Source of the DNA: Camelus dromedarius
Taxonomy: Eukaryota
Length of the DNA stretch: 64,000 nt
Direction of reading: 5' to 3'
Assembly (NCBI RefSeq): GCF_036321535.1
Contig: NC_087472.1
Span: forward strand, 77,314,001-77,378,000
The notes beneath the pieces were generated by a model, which searched no databases, was not told the DNA's origin, and saw only the letters and a list, made by a program, of their open reading frames with translations. Of the stretch, positions 1 through 41,100 are shown in pieces (position 1 is the first letter of the stretch; the number at the start of each line of letters is the position of its first letter). Made by a program: the position numbers and the translations under genes.

Positions 1-21251
<21,251 letters not shown>

Positions 21252-21275
21252 ATACCCACCCCTCCCCCACTGCTC

Positions 21276-21281
21276 AATAAA
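21276..21281 (+). terminator. CACNA1F polyadenylation signal AATAAA
   Basis: AATAAA 25 nt after the TGA stop (21249-21251). Confidence 0.8.
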
Positions 21282-23109
21282 CCTCCTGCCCTCCCTTCTG
21301 CAGAAGGAGACAGGCATGGACCACACCCCTGGATTTTGGTATCTTTGCACTGGAGGCCTGGGGCTGCCCAGTGGCCACCATCCATCCATCCCATTTCAGC
21401 CCTCAGCCACTGCCCACACGCGAGTATTTCCAGAAACCAGGACAACCAGGCCTGATTATTCAGCGTCAGGGAAGGAGGGAGGAGGAGGAGGAAGAGACAG
21501 CAGGCAAAAAAAGCTGGAGACAGAGTGGAGGTGGTGGGGGGAGGGAGGGTACTGGACAGAGATGGGGAAAGTGGAGAGAGAGGATGTGTGGAGGCTTGGC
21601 TGAGGGATGAGGGGAAGTCAGAGATTCCACAAGGGGTCAGTAAGGTCAGATGGAGGCAGGAGCAGGACAGGTGGATGGGAAGGAAAGGATAAGGAAACCT
21701 TCAGGAGAGTCCTGCCAGCAGAAAGGCCTGGAGGTTAGAATGAGCCTAGTATGGGATACGTCTTCAACAGGGGGGTCCTCTGACAGCTTCAGGAATTTTA
21801 GGGAGGCTAAATTGGAATTGTCCTGTCTCCCACCTCCCCGCTTCTGCCTGAGAAAAAGAAAATCTATACCCACTGTTAGAAGACATGGGTGACAGCAAAA
21901 GGTGAGGCTCCCCACCTGGGGTAACCCACTCAAAGCCCACCTGGCTCTCCTGGGACCAACTAAGAGTCCCCCACTCCCAGATCCAAGCTCCTCTTTCTGC
22001 TTCTTGTCCTACCTTTAGTCATCACCCAACCTTTGGGGTCTCACTCATTCTGTGAAGGTTTATTGGGCATCTATTCTGTGCCAGGTACCGTTCTGGGTTT
22101 CCCCCAGCACAAACTGAGCTGGCTTGTCCAAAGTGGTAGTCATCCCCACTCCAAAGGAATTGGAAGCAGTGTTGGAAGTGGCACAGGATGGGGCCACCCC
22201 TGGGAGGGGTATCTGAACTAGGGGCTCCACCCAGCTCTCAGAGCAGGGGTTCCTCATTTGTATACTTTGTGTCAATTAAGCCAGGACTGAAATTTGGGGG
22301 AAACCAGAATTGGAGACGAGGACTCAGAATATAAGAGTTGCACTAGGTCTTGAAACAAAGGCTTGGAGTGGTTGGGCTGGTGTGTTGTGGGAAAGAAAGT
22401 CATGGGCAGGGTAAAGAGAGTGGAGGGAGATAGTTGTGGGATGATGTGGGACAGGCCACCAGTGGCCAGATGATGCAGACCCTTGAATGCCAGATCCCAA
22501 GCCCTAGGATTTTTCCTGAAAGCAGTGGGGAGCCATGGGAGGGATATGAGCAGGGTAGTGATATAGTTAACTTTGCATTTTAAGTAGATGCTCTGACGGC
22601 TGAGCTGAAAACAGAAGGGAGGGGGAAGAGACTGGAGATGCTAAAATTGGCAGAATGATGGTTACCTTAGCCAGGGGAGGTGGCAGAGGAGATGACGAGA
22701 AGTGAGTAGATTCCAGAAATGTGTAGAAGGTAAAATGAACCATTTACTGGGCCCTGTGCTAAGTGCATTACCGTGATTATCTTGTTTAATCAGTGCAACA
22801 ATCCTATGAATATCATTTTAAATTATCTTGCCTATCCAAAGTCATACAGGAACAAGTATTAGAGGTGGGATTCAAATTCAGGCAACTGAATGCCAAAACC
22901 CATGCTCTTCCCCCAATAAGGCAATAACTGGGAAGTATCTATTGCATATTTGTGTGAATTTGAGTGTGTTCTTTTAAAAAATAGCTATACATTCAGATGG
23001 TTAAAAATTCAAAGGTACAAAGGGATATAAACTGAAAAGTTCCCTTCCCTCGGGAGGCAACTGGTGTTATCAGATATCTTAGCCAGGTATGGGATGCTGT
23101 GCTGATAAG

Positions 23110-23310
23110 TTAGCACAGTGGCTACGAGTAACAGGTGCTGGAGCCATACTTCCTGGGTTAAAGTCCTAGTCCTATCATTTACCAGCTGTATGACCTTAGG
23201 AAAATTCTTTCGCCTCTCGGCACCTTAGTTTACTCAGCTGTAAAATGAGGCTAGTAGTAGTACCTAACTCGTAGGGTTGCTGAGGATTTAAATGAATGAC
23301 ATATGTGAAG
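23110..23310 (+). mobile_element. MIR SINE
   Basis: ctgggttaaagtcctag...tgtatgaccttagg...ccttagtttactcagctgtaaaatgagg. Confidence 0.7.
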
Positions 23311-23349
23311 CTCACAGAACAGCCACAATTTAAAATGTTAATTTAAAAT

Positions 23350-23900
23350 GCTAACATTTTAAAATGTCTCCCTATAATTATGATATGACCCTTCCCTTCT
23401 CTTTGTACACAATTCCCACATAGTTTGACCTCTACATTTCTTAACTAAATATCTTGGCAATCATTACATAGCTCCATATTAGTGACAGCTACACAGTACT
23501 CCACTTTGTGGCTCTTGAGTTTTTTTAAACAGGCCAGCAGTAATGAGCACTTAGGGAGTGTCCACTCCTATTATAAACAGCGATACAGTGTATCATCTTA
23601 TACATACATCTTTTAGCACATGTATGACTCCATCCATAAGATAAACTCCTAGAAGTGCAAACCCTGAGCGAAATATATGGATTTGTTAGTTTGCTAGATT
23701 TTGCCAAATTCTCCTTTACACAAGTTACACCAACTTAACTTCCACTGGCAATTTATGAGAATGCCTATTTCTGACCAACCTGCTAATATTGAGCATTATC
23801 AAACTTTTTTTTATATGCACCACCCTCAAGATGAAACAGTGTCTTAGTAGCTCTTATAGGCATTTCTTTTAGTATGAATGAAGTTAAGCATCTTAAATTC
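23350..23900 (-). mobile_element. Ancient LINE-1 (L1M-type) 3' fragment
   Basis: AT-rich; cctagaagtg...tagattttgccaaattctcct...ccactggcaatttatgaga resembles L1M 3' UTR sequence. Confidence 0.55.
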
Positions 23901-24169
23901 CAACTTGTATTTATCCATTGGATTTTTGCAACATGGCAATTGCCATTGACCTTGGTAGGCCTAGTTTTAGTAGCATGAAGAAGGAATGGTCCAATTAAGA
24001 GAGGACTGGGGAATAAACAAGACGTAACGAGTAGAGTTGGAGTAGTAAAGACTTAGACTATGGAAGAGAGAAATAGGGAGACGGTTGGAGGGGGAAGGAG
24101 AGGTTTTCTTAATGTGTTTAAAATGCAAACGAGAAGAAACCCTCAAGACCCTGAACTATGCTTACAGTG

Positions 24170-24345
24170 CAGGGACTTTGGGCACTGCCAATAAGTAGCT
24201 GGGCGACCTTGTACAAGTCGCTTAACCTCTCCCGGGACTAATTTTCCTCACCTGTAAAAATGGGACCAAGAGTCCCTACCACATAGGGCTGTTCTAAAGA
24301 ATAAATAAATGAACATATTCGACAAATTCAGCAAAGGGCCTGGCA
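24170..24345 (+). mobile_element. MIR SINE just upstream of the SYP promoter
   Basis: gcgaccttgtacaagtcgcttaacctctc...tttcctcacctgtaaaaatggg. Confidence 0.7.
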
Positions 24346-24632
24346 AACTCATACTGTAGGACCGAACAGTCCACCTCTCCCCAGATCTCTAGTTGTATTT
24401 TCGGAGATAACGATCTTCCTAGAGCCGTTCTCACGGATCCAGCCTACGGGCTGGAATGGCGGCCGGGGAGATTTAGGCACGGCCCGCTGTGCGCAGGCGC
24501 GCGGGGCGAGCGAGGTGGGGGCGCGAGGGGCGGAGCTGCAGCCTCCTGGGCTGTTCCGACGATCGCGCGCCACCCCCGCCGCGCCCCGCGCCCGCCCTTG
24601 CTAGCAGGCGCCTCCCGCCCCCCGCATTGCTG

Positions 24633-32507
<7,875 letters not shown>

Positions 32508-33279
32508 CCTGGTGAGTGACGGGCGGGCGGTGCAGCCAGAAAGGGTTCATGACAGGAGACGGGCGGGTCAGTGAACCAGTAAGAGTCAGGAGTAAATAGT
32601 ACGTAGCTACGCTAGCCGGACAAGTGAGGATGGGAGTCTGAAGGAGTCAATAGGGAGGCGGAGCTATATACTAAGGGCGAAAAACTAGCCAATGATGGAA
32701 GTCAGGAGAGTGGAACTTGAAAATGGGCAGAATGAAGAGCCAATGGGAGAGGGATAGAAAGGTTTCTTTGAGGGAAGGGAGGGGCGAGAGAAGTGGGCAG
32801 AGCAACCAATGAGGGTTGCAACCAATAAAGGAGGAACTAGCGGGAGGACATGCGTAGTGGGGAATCAGCCGGGCTCAGGAGCTGAGAAGGGACGACCAGG
32901 GGTGGGGGTGGGGGTTAGCCAAAATGTTAAGATAAGTCCAATAGATGCTTAGGGTAACCTGGCTTGGATCATGAAGGTCAGACAAGCTCGCCAATCCGGG
33001 AGAAGGTGGTAGATCCGCCACCTCTCCGCAACCCTGGAGGTGAGGGAGGTGGTGTGAAATTTCAAAGAGGCAAAGGGGCGGGGCGGGGGAATTGGAAAGT
33101 CTTGCCAGCCTTCTTGTTGGGCCTCCAAAAAGAAGTGAAATTTCCCTCACATATGAGGAGGGAAGATGGAGAAAAGAGGCATCTGAGGGAATGGCGTGAG
33201 AAGGGAAAGGCAAGGAGGTGGAAACAAGTGGGTAAAGGTAGCTTCTGGCACTTGGCCAGGATGGAAAGGGGACAGAGTT

Positions 33280-34480
33280 TCTTAGGCATCTCATCTCCAA
33301 TTCATTTAAAAATCTTATTGGCTCTATCTTCAAAATATATCCATAATCTTTCCACTTCTCACTGTCCCCCTGGACGTCTTCACTGGTTTCCACCCCTATT
33401 CGCATTATATCCTACTCCCAGCATGGGGAAGGATCCTGTTAAATCCTAAATCACTCCGCGACCCTCCTGCGTTCATGGCACAAATCTCTGCTGGGCCTCC
33501 CATCTCACTCAGATTAAAAGTCAAAGCCTTCACTATGGCCCATGAGGCCCTATACAATCCAGCCCCACCCCTCACTTCTCTGATACCTCACCTCCAACCA
33601 CTGCCCCCACAACTCTGTTCCAGCCACGCTGGCCACCTCAATGTGCCAGGCACCATCCAGTCTTGGTACTTGCTTTCTCCCTAGAGTTTCACACCCACAC
33701 ACACTGATAACCTTATCTGGCCAGCTCCTTACAAGTCCCCTTTCTTATCTTATCAGGGAGCTGTGCTTTTCTTTATCAGTCTGTAATTATTAGTTTATAT
33801 GTTTATTGACTTTCTCTTCTACTAGACTAGGGGATGTGACCATAACTTATTCATGCTATACACACATCACTTAGAGCACTACTAATGTTAAGAAACATTT
33901 GTTGAGGAAATAAAAGAAACTATATAGCATAAGACATTTTACTATCATTTTACTCTTCTCTGCTTAAAATCTTCCCATGATTTACACCTCACTGAGAGTC
34001 AAAGCTGAAGTCCTCACAGTCTTGTCCACAAGATCCTATGACCCCGTTTCCTACCTCCCCGATTTCACCTCCTACCACTCTCCCTTGCTCACTCCACTGG
34101 AGCCCAACTGACCTCCTTGCTGTTCCTCAAACACACTAGACATGGTCCCACCCCAGGGCCTTTGCACAGGCCCTTCCTAGAATTCTCCCCCCCCCCAAGT
34201 TATCTGCATGGCTCATTCCCTCACCTCAAGTCTTTATTCCAATGTCACTTCTTCAATGAGGTCTTCTCTGACTACCTACTTACCACAGTTACCTTTCTTC
34301 CCCACCTGGCATTCCTAATCCCCCTCACCCCAGTCTACTTTTTGTTTTTCCATTTCACTTATTATCACCTTATGTCATACTAGATAACTCACTTATACAT
34401 CTTGGTCATTGTTTGAAGTCTGTCTCCCCTGCTACAATGTAAGCTCCAGCAAGATAAGGATCTTTGCTTTGCTCAACATA
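33280..34480 (+). mobile_element. LINE-2 fragments in SYP intron 6
   Basis: ctcttcaaaatatatcc...aaagtcaaagccttcactatggcccatgaggcccta...ccagccacgctggcc motifs, repeated in two blocks; boundaries approximate. Confidence 0.65.
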
Positions 34481-34770
34481 GTTTACCACCAGTGAGGAGA
34501 CCAGCATCTGTTAACGGACTTTTTTGGGCTGGGGGAGAGGAAACCATCCTTTCTTTGGGACCTAACCTAGTGGGAGCAAGGTATATCTTCACAGTAGGGG
34601 CAGCTGGGATGAAGCTGACTCCAAGACTATAAGTGAAGGAAGAAAGGGAGAAGAAAAGGCATGGCAGGTAGAGGTTAAAGCCAGGGCAGAGGCACAGCAG
34701 CCCAGCCCTTCCACAAGAGCATCACCTGTGTCTGGACCCCCTCTCCTTTCTGTGTGTTTTGTCTCCACAG

Positions 34771-36390
34771 GTCAGTGCAGCCCGGGAGGACCCCATGGTA
34801 GGCAAGAGCTCAGGAGAAGGCCTGCCCCCCCAACATCCCACTCCTACACCCTGGTCTCCACCCCTCAAGCCAGGAGACCCTTAACTGTCTTTGCTGTTTA
34901 TATATATATATATTATATATAAATATCTATTTATCTGTCTGAGCCCTGCCCCTACTCGACTCCCCTCATGCATTAGGGCCCAATCTTGAATGGACCCCTC
35001 TCTTACCCCTTCCCCTGCATCCCTTGGCACCTCTCTGTTCCCTGGCCCTGTGCCCTGAGGTTGGGGGACTCTGAAAGGGGGTCAGGGAGGAGACAGAAGG
35101 CTGTGTGGGGAGGGTGGGTGTGACTTCAGACTCTCTCCCCTCTCTCTCTCTCCATCCCAACTCTGGCCTCAATTCCTCTAGCAATGCCTGAACAGGGGCC
35201 ACTAGGAAAAATTCAACCCTGAGCAGGGGAGAAAGGCAGAGACCAGAGGAGCTTGGGACCCAAGGTGTTCTTGGAGAGAGCCTCTGGAGTAGAGGAGACT
35301 AGTAAGCAGGGAGGTTGGATTCCAGACATACTGGGTCTGGAGTCTCAAGAAGAGGGGTCGCCTTAGAGCATTCTGGAGTGGGGCTTGGAAGGAGGCTGAG
35401 GGTATGGTTCTAGGAGGGGTGGAGCTTTGAGTGAGGCAGCAGGTGGGCCAGGAGTGGGCAGGGGTTGGAGTAGAACAGGGTTCTATGGAAGGGGTGTGAC
35501 TTGAGACCTGGGAACTGGGTTTGGAAGAGTGCTGAGGGCTTGGCTGTAGGAGTGGGGTGGGGCTTGAACCAGGCAGCAGGTGAGGCTCCAGGGTGGGTAG
35601 GTCTTGGATTGGGACCAGAATCGATGAAAGGGGTGTGGCTTGGAACATTCAGGAGGCTGACTTTGATTCTACAGGGGGCAGATCTTGGGCAAGGCAAGAA
35701 GTGGGATTCAGGAATGGATCAAACTTGAGGTGAGGTCGTGGTCTGGGTTCTAGAGGGTTCAGGGCTTAGAGTGGGGCGTGCATGGTGTTTTCAAAAGGGG
35801 CAGCCCCGCCCCCGCAGTGGAGCAGTGAAGAAAGTATGTTTTAGAGTAGGTAGGTTTGGCAGTGGGGAGGGCGGGGTGAGAAGCCTGGGGAAGGGTTTTG
35901 TTAGGGGTAGGGGGGAATATCCCTGGACAAGGCTGGGGACTGAGGTGGCCTGGGAAGAACTAAGAGGTAAGGCTTGAAGGGTAAGGGATGGGATCCAGAA
36001 AGAAGCACCCAGTAAATGGGATTTGCTGAATCCCTTGCTCATCCCCCGATGGGACAGCTAGGCAATCAGAGGACAGAGCCAAAGGGTCTGTGGGGCCGAC
36101 CCACCCCTCTCCCCGCCTTCCCTTGCCTCTTCCCTCCCTCCGCACGCCCATCCATCCCGGGGTGGTTGGAGGCCCGGTCTGGAGCCCCTATCCTGCACCC
36201 TCTGCTGTGTCTGTGACGTCGGTAGTGCCTGTGATCGTGTGTTGCCATTTTGTCTGGCTGTGGCCCCTCCCCTCTCCCCTCCAGACCCCCACCCTTTCCC
36301 GTGCCCTTCGGTATTGTTTGAAGACTCCCTCCCCAAGGAAGAACAAATATGATTAATTCTCCTCCCCTAAATAAACTCAACCACCTAGTC
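34771..36390 (+). other. SYP: SYP non-coding terminal exon (3' UTR), AATAAA at 36370-36375
   Basis: Donor 4 nt after the stop (CCTG|gtgagt, 32512); strong acceptor tttgtctccacag at 34770; canonical polyA signal. The exact 3' end is approximate. Confidence 0.85.
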
Positions 36391-37699
36391 CACAGGGCTC
36401 TGACTTCTCGATGTGTCTTTTTTTGGGGGGTGGGGGCGGATGGATGAAGGGAAAGATGGGGAAGAGGAGGCTAGAGGAAGCTCTGCCTCCAACCTGCTGG
36501 GCACTGCTCAAGTCACCCCAGAGTTTTCAGACCCTCCAACAGTGTTTTGCCAAGCTGCATCCTCTGTGAAGCCTGGCCTGCCGATCATTTTAAGTCACAC
36601 TCTGGATAGCCCTGCCCACTGCCCCGCTACTGGCCACCAAATGTCCAATCTTTCTAGGGTTCAGTTCTCATTCCGGTCCCTTAGCCACACCCCTTCCCAG
36701 CCCCTGTGGAGCCCTGTCCTCGAATCCCCAAAGGGTTCAAATAGGACACCCATACTTCACAGGGAGACTTCCTTCTAGGCACCCCTCTTGCATTCTTCAG
36801 ACACTGCCCTCTCTCCATTTCCTTGCCTTCGCTTCAGCTGGAGAACCGAAAGACTGGCTAGGCTGCTAGGCCCGGAGGTGGGGGTGCCGAGGTGACTTGT
36901 TAGTTCATTCATTCATTCCCTATAACATGTTCCCGGTTCCTCCCAGGGGGAGGGAGGGACAGGAAGTATCAGGGATGTGCGTAAAGGGGCAGGGGTCGGG
37001 GTGTGAGGTCCTGACGCCCACGATGAAAAGGCTGGGCTGACCGTCGCCACCACGCGGTGCCTAATTAGAGACCTCGGCTGGGCACGAGAGTTTTGACTGT
37101 GGCCAGGAGACCCCCCCACTTCCTCCCAATTCCGAGGCACAGCAAAGCCTGGAGCGCGAAGGAGAGACTCTCAGCTCTGAGAGTGAGCTCAGGGAAAGGA
37201 ATATCTAACTGGAGAGGGAAAAACGGGAGCAGGGGAGAAAAGACTTTAAAATATATTTCTCAGGACTTAGGGGGCACCACAGCTGGGCCTGTAAGGATGG
37301 GGAGTGAGCAGGGAAGAGGGTCTCCGAACCTGGTCAGTAACTTTAGCCCCATCCCTATAAATCTCAAATAATCCTAGCTCTGAAAGGGGATGGGAGCAGG
37401 GGTGGGAGGGTTGTAAGATCTAGCTCTCTGATGGGGCAAGGGAGCACCAGCTGGGGCTGCGATGGGGTTGGGGACTGTTCTTACAGCATTCATCCGGGGA
37501 AAGAGACCTTCGTAACATCACCAGTGGGGAGGGGGCCAAGATGTGGTTTTAACCCGTCCCCCAAATAAACATCCAAGCTAAATCGACACGAAGCGTCAAT
37601 AGAAGTACCGTAGAGCACACCTCTTGAAGTCAGGTGGCCACTTCCAAGTTCCCCCTCCTCCTCTACAGAGCCCTCAAGCGCTAGAATGTCCTGTGAGAG

Positions 37700-38100
37700 A
37701 CCATGTGGAACTTTGGGGTTCTGGGGGCCGTGCCTTCTGAGGCCCAGCTCCCGCCGCCGGGGCAGGAGCGCATGGGGAGCTTTCGCGCACGGCGCTCCTG
37801 GGCTGCGGGCCCCTCACCTCTAGGCAGGGGGCGCCTTGGCCCGAGAGAGACAACAGGCCCAGGGGCGGACCCGGCTGGGCGCGCTCCTCCCCTGCCGGTG
37901 TCAGGTTTACGGAACAGAGCTCCCCTGCTGGACGCGCGGTGGCCAGACGGCCACAAGGATTCCATTCGCCCGACCCGGCCCGGCTTGACCCTGCTCGGAC
38001 GCGCCATGTTCGCGCGTGGGTCCCGGAGGCGCCGCTCTGGGCGCGTGGTGAGCTAAACTCAGGGCAGCGGCGGGGGTCGGGGTAAACTGAGGCCCAGGGG
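37700..38100. promoter_or_regulatory. PRICKLE3 CpG-island promoter
   Basis: CpG-dense with GC boxes upstream of the ATG; boundaries approximate. Confidence 0.75.
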
Positions 38101-41100
38101 AGGGGGCAGGGGAGAGGGATAGTAAGGAGGTGCTTCACAGAGGATCTAGGAATCCTCATCCCCAGGATTCCCAGACCCGAGGGTCTGGAGCTATTGGAAG
38201 CATGTGGGTGAAGGAACTGGAGATCAGGTGGCCCTTGCTCCGTAATTACCTCTCCGCACACCTTTATCAGCACCCCGCGGATCTGGTGCACTCCCCTCTC
38301 GGTGAATTATGAGAGGGGATTCTGAAAGCCAAAAGATTGAGTCCTGGAGTCCTGGATTGAGTAGGGACCTTCTGAGCTTCTGAGGAAAGGAACCTACCCC
38401 TGTACCTTGGCGGAAGGTGAACTGAGGATTGAGGCCCTACACTTCTGTGGTGTCCAAATACTGAGAGTCCAATGAATGGGATTTGCTGAAGAGGGCTTCC
38501 AGGCTTCCTCTTGTGCCAGGGAGTTTTTTACTTTCTAGATAGGAGGGTCTCTATCTTCCTTTGGTGGGGCTGTCTGGGTGAGGTCTGGGTTTGGCGGTCC
38601 AGAGAAGAAGTAAATAGCCCTAGGATACGAGGGGTTAGGGCCAGGCTTATTGGGGTGTGGGTTTCTGAATGGCTCAAGGGCCTCCTGAGATCCTGGAGGA
38701 GGGTCTCATTTCCTTGGATATGAAAAGGTGAAGCCAGGGCTTGCGGGAGGGGCTCTTGAGCTTCTGAAAAGAGGAGCAGGGTTCGTATGGGGATCCCAAG
38801 TAAGGATGGGGTCTCAGAATCCTACCCTGTGGAACTGGAGTGCCTCTGGCTTTGTGGGTGTTGAAGGGGCCGAGACGAGGCCTGGGAGAAGACATTCACA
38901 TTAGGGATTCTGCTCTGGTGGTGAGAATGCTCTGAGTTCTAGGGTAGGTGTTTTGAGGCATAGAAGAGTCAGAGGCTGGGCGGAGGTACTGAGGCTGGGT
39001 GAGGGGATTCTGAGGCTGACTTGGCGAGGGGAATTCCTTGAAAAAGGGACATTTAGGGAGGTGGCCTCGGCTATCCCGCCTCTACCTCGGTTGTGTCCCC
39101 CACCCCCGCGCTCTGGGCGCTGTCCCAGCCTGCCTGGCGTTGCCCTGGTGGGACAGGCCCCAGCGTGCGGTTGCCGGTCTTGGACTGGAGAGGTGGGCGT
39201 TGACTTCTCTCTCAATCCCTCCCGCGCACCTTGCTCGGTCCGCGTCTGCCCTCGCCCACTACAGCCTCCAGAGGCAGAGGACCCAGACCGCGGCCAGCCC
39301 TGCAACTCCTGCAGGGAGCAGTGCCCCGGCTTCCTGCTGCATGGTTGGAGGTAGGTGACCATCCCAGGGCCTAGTCTTCGTCAGGGTCCTGCTGTCAGGG
39401 GAATCCCCTGAGATTTAGGCCACGCCCCTAGGCTTGAGCCGGGACATCGGAGAAAGCTCAGATTCAGAGCCCCGCGCCTGACTCACTCCCAATTGTCTGG
39501 TTCCCAGGAGAGCTCCGCCCACTACACAGCCCCGCCCCCAGAAGTGACCTCCCCAAGCTTCCGAGTCCCATCTCTAGGGAGATCCTCCGTCCCAGGCTCT
39601 GAGCACCGCCCACTGAACACCAGCCCCCGTCTTGTGCTCAGAACTCCTCTCCCAGACCCAGTGTCCTATCCTCCTAGGACGCAAAACGTGCCATAAGATA
39701 TCTCAGACAGAGCCCTACCCACAGGCTCAGAGCCCCACCCGCCCACAAGAGCCTCAGCGCAAGCTGGAATCCATCCCTAGGGAATATTCCCCCACAAGGG
39801 CCAAAGTCCCGAAGGAAGCCCCTAAATTTATAACTCCAATCTCAGACTCAGAGTCCTGCCCCTATTCAGGCCCGCTGCGGGGAGAGTTTGACCCAAGTCC
39901 CAGCAGTGAAAGTCAGGGGATGGCTTTGAGATCTCCCCACAGCGCCCCTACCCCTGTCGCATCCACGGCCCAGGCCCACAGCCCCACCTTCAGCTCTCAG
40001 GCACGCCCCCCGCCCCTGTCTCACAGCCCTGCCCCCAGCTGGCCGCTCCGCCCCTCACAGCCCGACCACTCCCCACAGCGGTTTAGTTCACAGCCCCACC
40101 TCCGTTCAGCACCGCCCCCAGGCCCAGAGTCCTGACCCGGCTCCGAGTCTTTTGCTGGTGATAATCTGCATGTCCCTGCCCCTTAATTGGACTTCCTTGG
40201 GCTGCCGAGGAGTTCAAGTGGGCTATCCCTTAGTAATCACCTCTCATCCCGGCCTCCTCAGAAAGATCTGCCAACACTGCAAATGTCCGCGGGAGGAGCA
40301 CGCCGTGCATGCGGTGCCTGTGGACCTGGAACGCATCATGTGTCGGCTAATCTCAGACTTCCAGCGCCACTCCATCTCCGACGATGACTCTGGCTGTGCC
40401 TCGGAGGAGTATGCCTGGGTGCCCCCTGGTCTCAAGCCCGAGCAGGTGACCAGACGCCGCCACCCACTCTTGCTCACCAGTGGGTGCACACACACACGCA
40501 TTAGCCTGCGCACACACAGGTGGGAACCTATTTCCCAGGAAACGCTAGAGTGTGTGGTCAGACTGCGCATGTCATTCTGGCCCCTCTTTGATCTAGGGGT
40601 GGTCGGTCCCCCATAACTCACAGGAAACTCTGCATCAGTTCCTCAGGGCCTGTTCACCACACTCCTGTTCTCCCACCTCAGGTCTTATTCCAGCACTTCA
40701 TTCACCACGTCTCCATTGACTGATTCATTCAGCAAATAGATATTAAGCACCTACTGCATGTCAGACACTGTTCTAAACACTGAGAACACAGCATTGAACA
40801 AGACACACACCAAAAAAAATCTGCCCACATGGAGATTTTATTCCCAAAGGGAGCAAGTGCCAATAAGCAAACCTGTAAAAATGTCAGATAGTGTAAGGGC
40901 TATGGACTTTTTCAAAAGCAGGAAAGTAGGGGGCAGAGAGATGTTAGAATTGTAAATAGGGTGCCCAGGTCAGCTTCTGTGAGAGTATGATGTTTGAGCT
41001 TCCTGAAGGAGGTGAGGGTGGGAGCCATGCATATATCCAAGGTTAGAGCAATCCAGGCAAAGGGAGGAGCTAATGCAAAGGCCCTGAGGCAGGAGTGTAC

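Noticed and set aside
38264-38285. RE1-like half site TCAGCACC near the PRICKLE3 promoter
   Set aside because: The right half (GGACAG) is absent at canonical or accepted variant spacing.
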